DNA of 64,000 nucleotides from Octopus vulgaris. Its lineage: Eukaryota. The stretch spans positions 21,328,001-21,392,000 of the forward strand of contig OX597821.1 in NCBI GenBank assembly GCA_951406725.2, in the 5' to 3' direction. The stretch's first letter is position 1, and the number at the start of each line of letters is the position of its first letter. The position numbers and the translations under genes were made by a program. Of the stretch, positions 57,100-64,000 are shown piece by piece. Below the pieces are notes generated by a model. That model ran no database searches. It worked only from the letters and a program-made list of their open reading frames with translations, and was not told the origin of the DNA.

Positions 57100-57630
57100 A
57101 AGCATCTCATTATTTTTATCTAACAAGAAAGCGACCTAAAAGGAAACATGAGGACATGAAACAGTGTTTTATGAAAAGATTAAATTTTTCACTCAGATAA
57201 TTTGCTACGAATGAAGCAACAAATGAATCTAGTTTAAGATTAGCTTATTTCGTGGTTAAGAAAGAAAACTAGTTGTTGAAGCAGGATTAAGTAAATGTAT
57301 GATAACAACTGGTGAAGATGTATGTAAAAGCAATATGCTTAATGAGAATATTAAACTATCTGCAGAGACTGCAATTAGGAAAGTCGAAAACAAAGAAGGT
57401 AACATTATATGCCAATTAAATAAAAACGCACAAAATTTCTAATTGTTTTTTCTAGCTCTAGATGAATCAACTTGTGTGTCTGGCAATTCGATTTTGCAAT
57501 TGTCATTTCAGGAAATTAATGTAACTCTGTAGTGACGCACAGACGAGCTTCTATGAGTAGCAAGCATGAGAGGTCGGCTGAAGAAGACATTTACAGAAGG
57601 GTAAAGAAAACACTGTCTGAGTACAATCAA
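57100..57630 (+). pseudogene. hAT (Buster/GTF2IRD2-like) transposase remnant
   Basis: NIKLSAETAIRKVE..NIICQL...FFLALDESTCVS resembles the catalytic FSLALDESTD motif. Many stops. Confidence 0.7.
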
Positions 57631-58349
57631 GTATAATCTGGTTCGGAAAAGTCTTACGTTCATTAGAATTGACGCGGAAAGAAATTAGCTTTCGTGATAT
57701 AATGATTAGACGATAAATACCTAGACTAGTTTATTAGTTTACAAAAGAACATGGCCAGTATCTTTGGACAAACAATAACATGGCATCGTGTTAACTTCGC
57801 TATAGATGCATACATTTAAAACAAACACCAAGGCATGTTTTACTACACCTTCTTCTGATGAATAAACAATGCATCATCTGATGAACAACATATAAAAACT
57901 TGAAGTTACAATGAATTTTCGGTCTCAATATCGCATATTTATACATGTATATACTGCTAAACTGCATCAGAAGAGAATTTTATAGTTCCGATTCGAAACC
58001 ATGAAACGCATCACATCTTATCTGTTATTGAACATCATCAAATCTCTAGAGAGACCAATATTGGACTACTGTTTTATGGAATTCTGTTTTACGCAATTAT
58101 ATCTGTATATATGTATTTTATGTTTAAATATATTTATATCCATAAATTTGAATTAATTTCAGATATGAATGACGTGAGAAACTTTTTAAACCGTGCTTAT
58201 TGTCCATTTTAATATTTTGTATTTTTTGTAACTTTCATTATATTTTGTGACTCTAAATTGATATGCAGGACATACATCACTTGGGTAAAGTATCTCTCTG
58301 GCATGCCACACCTCACCTTCTCACACACACACGTATATACATACATACA

Positions 58350-58412
<63 letters not shown>

Positions 58413-58442
58413 AACATACATATATCTATATACCCACTCATA

Positions 58443-58488
<46 letters not shown>

Positions 58489-58554
58489 CGAATACATGTA
58501 TTTGTATGTATGATATCGCTTAGGCACAGTGATATTAAAAACTCATTATACATA

Positions 58555-58830
58555 TGCTTTTTCCAGTTCTCGAGTGGTTTTACCTGGATCTTTTTCAATG
58601 ACTTTCTTTAATTAACCGTCATCGATGAGAGACGGGTGTTCACCACGCACCCAATCTTCAAGGCTCAGGGTATCTACTGCGAAATCGTTTAAACTATTTT
58701 CTCACCAAACGTTTCCTTGATTCCGGGCACAGTTTCAGCTGCTTTACGTCCTATTTTGAAGTTGAATAGCAAAATTGCTCGAATATCGCGCTTTAACAGT
58801 TCTACTTTAGATGATTGTAACAATGGTGAA
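58555..58830 (-). mobile_element. Mariner transposase N-terminal remnant
   Basis: KRDIRAILLFNFKIGRKAAET..I.ETFGE and VIEKDPGKTTREL. Confidence 0.7.
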
Positions 58831-58963
58831 AAACGTATCAATATCAATTTATTGATGCATTTATTATCAGACAATTGCAAAATTATGTTTTAAAGCAATT
58901 CAAATCTCTGCAAAATAACCGTACAAATACTTCATGCTTCAAAATATTGCTTACTTTTTACTC

Positions 58964-59018
<55 letters not shown>

Positions 59019-59949
59019 TGTGTGTGTGTGTGTGTCGGGCTTCCACACAATTTCCATTTACTGGATTCTCATTGAATTGAGGAGGTATTCGTTAGCCCGT
59101 TGTTATAGTTGACACCAATCTCCAGGGGTGGCACGCAATAGAACTGAAAACGAAACCACTTGGTAACAAATCGAGCTTCTTAAGCACAGAGCCATACCTT
59201 TTGATTTGGTTAGGTCTTGCTCTGATCTTAAAGTACACGACCTACACTGGCAATTATATCGAATTTCACTGTTATCTTAGCTGCAAGAGTGCAGCACCAC
59301 GTGATGGTTTAGCTCTCTGAACTAAAATCAGGTCAATATGTGTATGGCACACATTTTATCCCATAAGATTTGAGAGGTGTGACAACTAACTTGTCACACG
59401 GTTTTAGAGAGTGTTTCTATCGAGCGAACTGGATTGGCGTCAAAAATGTATCAACAACTACAAAAATAACATCTACAATATCAGATATATTAACAACAGC
59501 CATAACAATAACACATCTAATGGTGATAACAACAACAACAACAACGAACATATCGGATTAACTGCTATAATAAACAAATAGAACAACAATATCAACATTA
59601 GAAGTAATAAGTGTAATAGCAATAATAACAACCAACAACGAAGACAATGTTTGTAACACCAATCATATGAATGATAACAATAGCAACAATGCAACTATAA
59701 CAATAAGAAGAAAATTAGAAGACATGAACAGGAACATGAGTACCACTGGCAACAACGAAAACGACGATGAGGATATCGATAATAATAGTAACAACAACAA
59801 CAACAACAACAACAACAGCAAGCATGTGTCATTAGCTACGGGAATAATAACATATATATACAACTACAGGAACACAACACAGATAATATGACACAACCAA
59901 CAGCATGAAGAACAAACGCTTAAGCTCTTAATGTATATATATATTAAAT

Positions 59950-60085
59950 GACAGCTATGAGAACGATGACGACGACGGCGACAAGAAAAACAACAACAAC
60001 AACAATAACAACAGCAGCGGTAACAAAAGAGCACCAGCGATAGTAATTATATTAATATAAATCATCAACAACATCCTCATCATCG

Positions 60086-60117
<32 letters not shown>

Positions 60118-60263
60118 GTCATCATAATCATCATCATCATCATTATCATAATATTCATAATCATCATCATCATCATAATCTTCATCATCATCATCATCAT
60201 CATCATCGTCATCTCCATCCTGAACATCATCATCATCATCAGCATCATCATCATAATCTTCAT

Positions 60264-60294
<31 letters not shown>

Positions 60295-61160
60295 AGCATT
60301 GTTATCGTCATCTTCATCGTCGTCATTATCGTCCTTAATCCCATCTTCCTCAACGTCAAACTCAACCTCATCCTCGTCCTCCTCATCCTCACCCACCTCC
60401 TCCTCAACCTCGCTCTCCTCCTACTTCACCTCCTCTTTTCTCTCCTCCTCATCCGCTTCAAAAATAACAGCAACAACGACAACAACAACAGACCGCTTGT
60501 CAATTCTCTGATGCGTTTGTATTGATTGTAGTCAGGTGTCAATAAGAGAAAAAAAGAATATAACCATAACAACAACAACAACAACAACAGTAGGAACAAC
60601 ATCAACGTGAAAAACAACTCCACTCAAACGACAACAACAACAACAACAATTATAGATAAATAGCTGCATCAAAAACACAGTAAGTAAGATGGCAGCAACA
60701 ACACGGAACCACGAATGTGACAGGAATATAAACAGCCTAACATCAACAATGATTATGGTGACATCTGTATTGCTGTCAGTTGTTGTAGTTGTTGCTTGTG
60801 GTGGTGAAGGTGGTGGTGATGGTGGTGCGGGTGGTGGTGGTGATGGTACTGATAGTGATTATGGTGTTGGTGGTGGTGGTGGTATTGTGTTAGTGATTGG
60901 TGAACGGTAGCAGTGATGATGATAATGATGATGAGGGTGGTGCTGGTATTGTGTCGGTGGTGGTGGTGGAGGCGGTGGGTGGTGGCGGTGGGTGGTGCTG
61001 CTGGTGGTGTTGTGTCGATGGTGGTGGTGGTGGTGGTGGTGGTGATGGTGGTGTTAGTATTGCATTGGTGGTGGTGTGGTGATGGTGGTGATGGTAGTGG
61101 TGATGATGATGGTGGTATTAACGTTGGTGGTGGTAGTGGTGGTGGTGGTGGTGATGGTGG
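59950..61160. repeat. Degenerate (AAC)/(ATC)/(CTC)/(GGT) trinucleotide region
   Basis: Read directly. Confidence 0.85.
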
Positions 61161-61370
61161 TTTACTTCCCTATCAGTCCTGGTCCACCAGACCGCTTACT
61201 AAAGACGTTGAAGGCATGGCCATCCTGCCTTTTTTTTATTACCTCTATAGATGAACTACATTATTCGAAATATCGAATTTTTTCTAAGAGTTAGGTGTAA
61301 AGTGAAGCTATTTTTTGCAGAGCAAAAGACCCACGTACATGGTCTCTCATTGATTCCACTATATGTAACA

Positions 61371-61672
61371 TCTATATATATAAAACTGAAGTTGTGTGGT
61401 GTCTGTCTCCTACGATTTAGATTCCTAACTACTTCCACATTTTGCGGTGCAGTTTATACAAAAGCGGGTATCTTATAGTCGTGATTCATATCGAGCCCTT
61501 CTGGGTATTAGCGCGCGTCTACGATGAGTCTACGATTTTAAAAAAAAATTACCATCCTTTTTCTCCATCTTTAATGCATGTTTTTGCTATTATATAAGGG
61601 ACATAACTCTCTAAAAATGCTTATATAGTTATTTTCCTTAAAAACCCGAGCAACGCCGGGCGATACTGCTAG
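61371..61672 (+). mobile_element. Non-autonomous Helitron, body type A, both termini intact
   Basis: A|TCTATATATATAAAA ... CCCGAGCAACGCCGGG CGATACTG CTAG|T. Confidence 0.9.
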
Positions 61673-63284
61673 TTATAATATAAAAAAGCATGCATATGTT
61701 GTCTTTATGTGTGTGTACAAGTCTCTGGCGTCGCTCGGATTTATTACAACAGAGAATGATTGCAACCCTATGAATTCATTATATATGGGATATGCTACGA
61801 AGAAAACATTGCATATCCTTGAAATGATAACGGTAGGAGAGGAAAGAGGTTCACATTTTCGGTAATACTAATTTTTTTCCTATTATCGCAGAGCTGCCAG
61901 ATTAGACGAATAGAATTTCGTATTTGGAATTACACCAACACGAAACATTTGCAAGTAAATTAGAAAATATTGTTGTGCAATAAGCAACTTCCATGACATA
62001 TCAACTGTATTTTCATACTTTTGTTTTACTTTTTAGAATTTTATTTTACGAATTGCATGGTTTAAATATTATAGATTACTAGCCTACAAAAAGAAATTCT
62101 TTGCAAATTGAATTGATTCAACACACACCTCTATCCCCGCGTGGATTAGTTCTAGCATTAAACTCTAAATCTTAAATTCTACCTTAAATTTCTAAACCCC
62201 AAATGTTGCCGTTATGTATTTTTACAGAATAGTAATTCCAGATATTTAAAACATACAAAATCAAGAGAATCTTTTACAATAAGGATGTCCATTTTATGGT
62301 TCATGAAAAACCATGAATTTCAAAACGAGTAATCCTTTGACCTATATCAAATGCTCACATTAGAATGAGAAGTATAACGAATTATCATTAATAGATTGGG
62401 TTTGAGTACATAAACAACAAATTAAACATTCATTTTTTTAGAAATGCCCCAGAGAGAATTTTCCTTTTTTCAAATTATAGGAAGGAAATGATCAACCCAC
62501 GAGAGGCGAAGGTGTAAAGCATTATAAATCTGAAACAAAAACCAGAAATAATCAAGCCCACTACTAAATACAACGGCCCCATAATGAGTGTCTAAAGAAG
62601 TAAAACTGCGAAAACGCTTATCTCCCGGTGTCTTTATTCCAAACAGATGGTGTCATTATGTTTTTTGTGGGATATTTTGTAGAATTAATAAATTTCAATT
62701 CAAGAAAATAATTCTTCAAATGCTTGTATCAAATATTCTTTACAAATACATGTGTATGTGTGTGTGTGCGGGCGCGCGTATGTGTACGCGTATGTTTGAT
62801 CGTTGTGTGTGTGTGCATGTGTGTATCTGTGCGTGTATTTTATGTGTGCGAGCGCATGTGTGCATGCGTGCAAAGCCTATTGTAGTACAAATACGATTAA
62901 TATGGTTTGTTATTACGATTAACAAACTGCTTCAACCTTACGGCAAAAGCTTGAGAATTTGAGAGGAAATGAAAGAATATATTAAGTTCTCAGATATTGA
63001 TATGACGCTGAACGACTTTCTTTTTTTTTTTTTCATGTAGCAAGTGTAAACAACATAAATTTTACATATATATATATATACACACGCACTCGCACACACG
63101 TAGCCACGTAACCGGATATATATGTGTATAGAAATGTGCGTATATCTATATAGATATATATGACTACATAATCACATATATCTTATATATGAACGTGAGA
63201 ATTAATATATAAAAATCTATACAGCAACTACAGTAGTAGTAGTAGTAGTAGTTGTTGTTGTTGTTGTTGTTGTTGTAGTAGTAA

Positions 63285-63344
<60 letters not shown>

Positions 63345-63379
63345 CAGCAGCAGCAGCAGTAGTAGCACTAGCACTAGCA

Positions 63380-63467
<88 letters not shown>

Positions 63468-63820
63468 GGGAAGAATCTAGAGATTATTTTGAACAGCATG
63501 AAAATTAGAGACAAAAACGACCAACGCCAGCGACACCAGCACAGACGGCATGAAGAGGAAAAAAACAAATTGTAGAAGAAAAATTACCCGCAGTTTCCAG
63601 GAAAACGATGTCAGAAGGTCATCGATCATTCAGTCACGTGATGCACAAAACAAAAGATGTAACAACATCAACAAGAACGAGAATTCTAACAACAAAATTA
63701 AATAACAAAATAACTTCAATGCTTAAGTTATTTCAAAAAATATCTTCAGTTTAAGGTCGTACCTAGCATGGGATATGTATTAAAAGCAACATGCACTCAT
63801 ACACTCACACACACATACAA

Positions 63821-63857
<37 letters not shown>

Positions 63858-63914
63858 TATGTGTGTGTGTGAGTGAGTGAGTGTGCGTGTGTTTGTGTCT
63901 AGTTTCTATATATA

Positions 63915-64000
63915 CAGGGTGCGATGAATAAACTGTTGTCTAAATTACGCAAAAACAAAAATAACACTGATGTCTAATATTTACCCATATTACATTAAAA
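63915..64000 (+). mobile_element. Left end of a Tc1/mariner-superfamily element
   Basis: TA|CAGGGTGCGATGAATAAA matches the ends of 40570-41317. Confidence 0.55.

Noticed and set aside
57850-58020. CTGATGA motifs with distant GAAAC
   Set aside because: No consistent stem pairing was found.
60052-60396. Very acidic 114-aa ORF resembling an Asp-rich shell protein
   Set aside because: It lies wholly in degenerate (GAT)n/(GAG)n repeat, has a GTG start and shows no signal peptide or convincing splice sites.

Overview
This is AT-rich, microsatellite-dense eukaryotic DNA. The SINE families and repeat landscape suggest a coleoid cephalopod such as an octopus (inference). Almost all ORFs in the supplied track are microsatellite artefacts. 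The best-supported host gene is a spliced minus-strand gene with four phase-compatible coding exons (41805-42015, 40028-40090, 39764-39871, 38323-38492). It encodes an ~183-aa protein of no family I recognise, with tandem-duplicated Asp/Ser-rich exons. A possible plus-strand first coding exon ends at 15979. The rest is mostly transposon debris: a near-complete mariner and other Tc1/mariner remnants, hAT remnants, RTE and R4/Dong-type LINE fragments, five non-autonomous Helitrons, several tRNA-derived SINE families and Penelope-like (PLE) remnants. About ten hammerhead-ribozyme-like motifs occur, from several repeat families. Some have greatly extended stem II, some have core variants, and one is fused to a tRNA-headed SINE.
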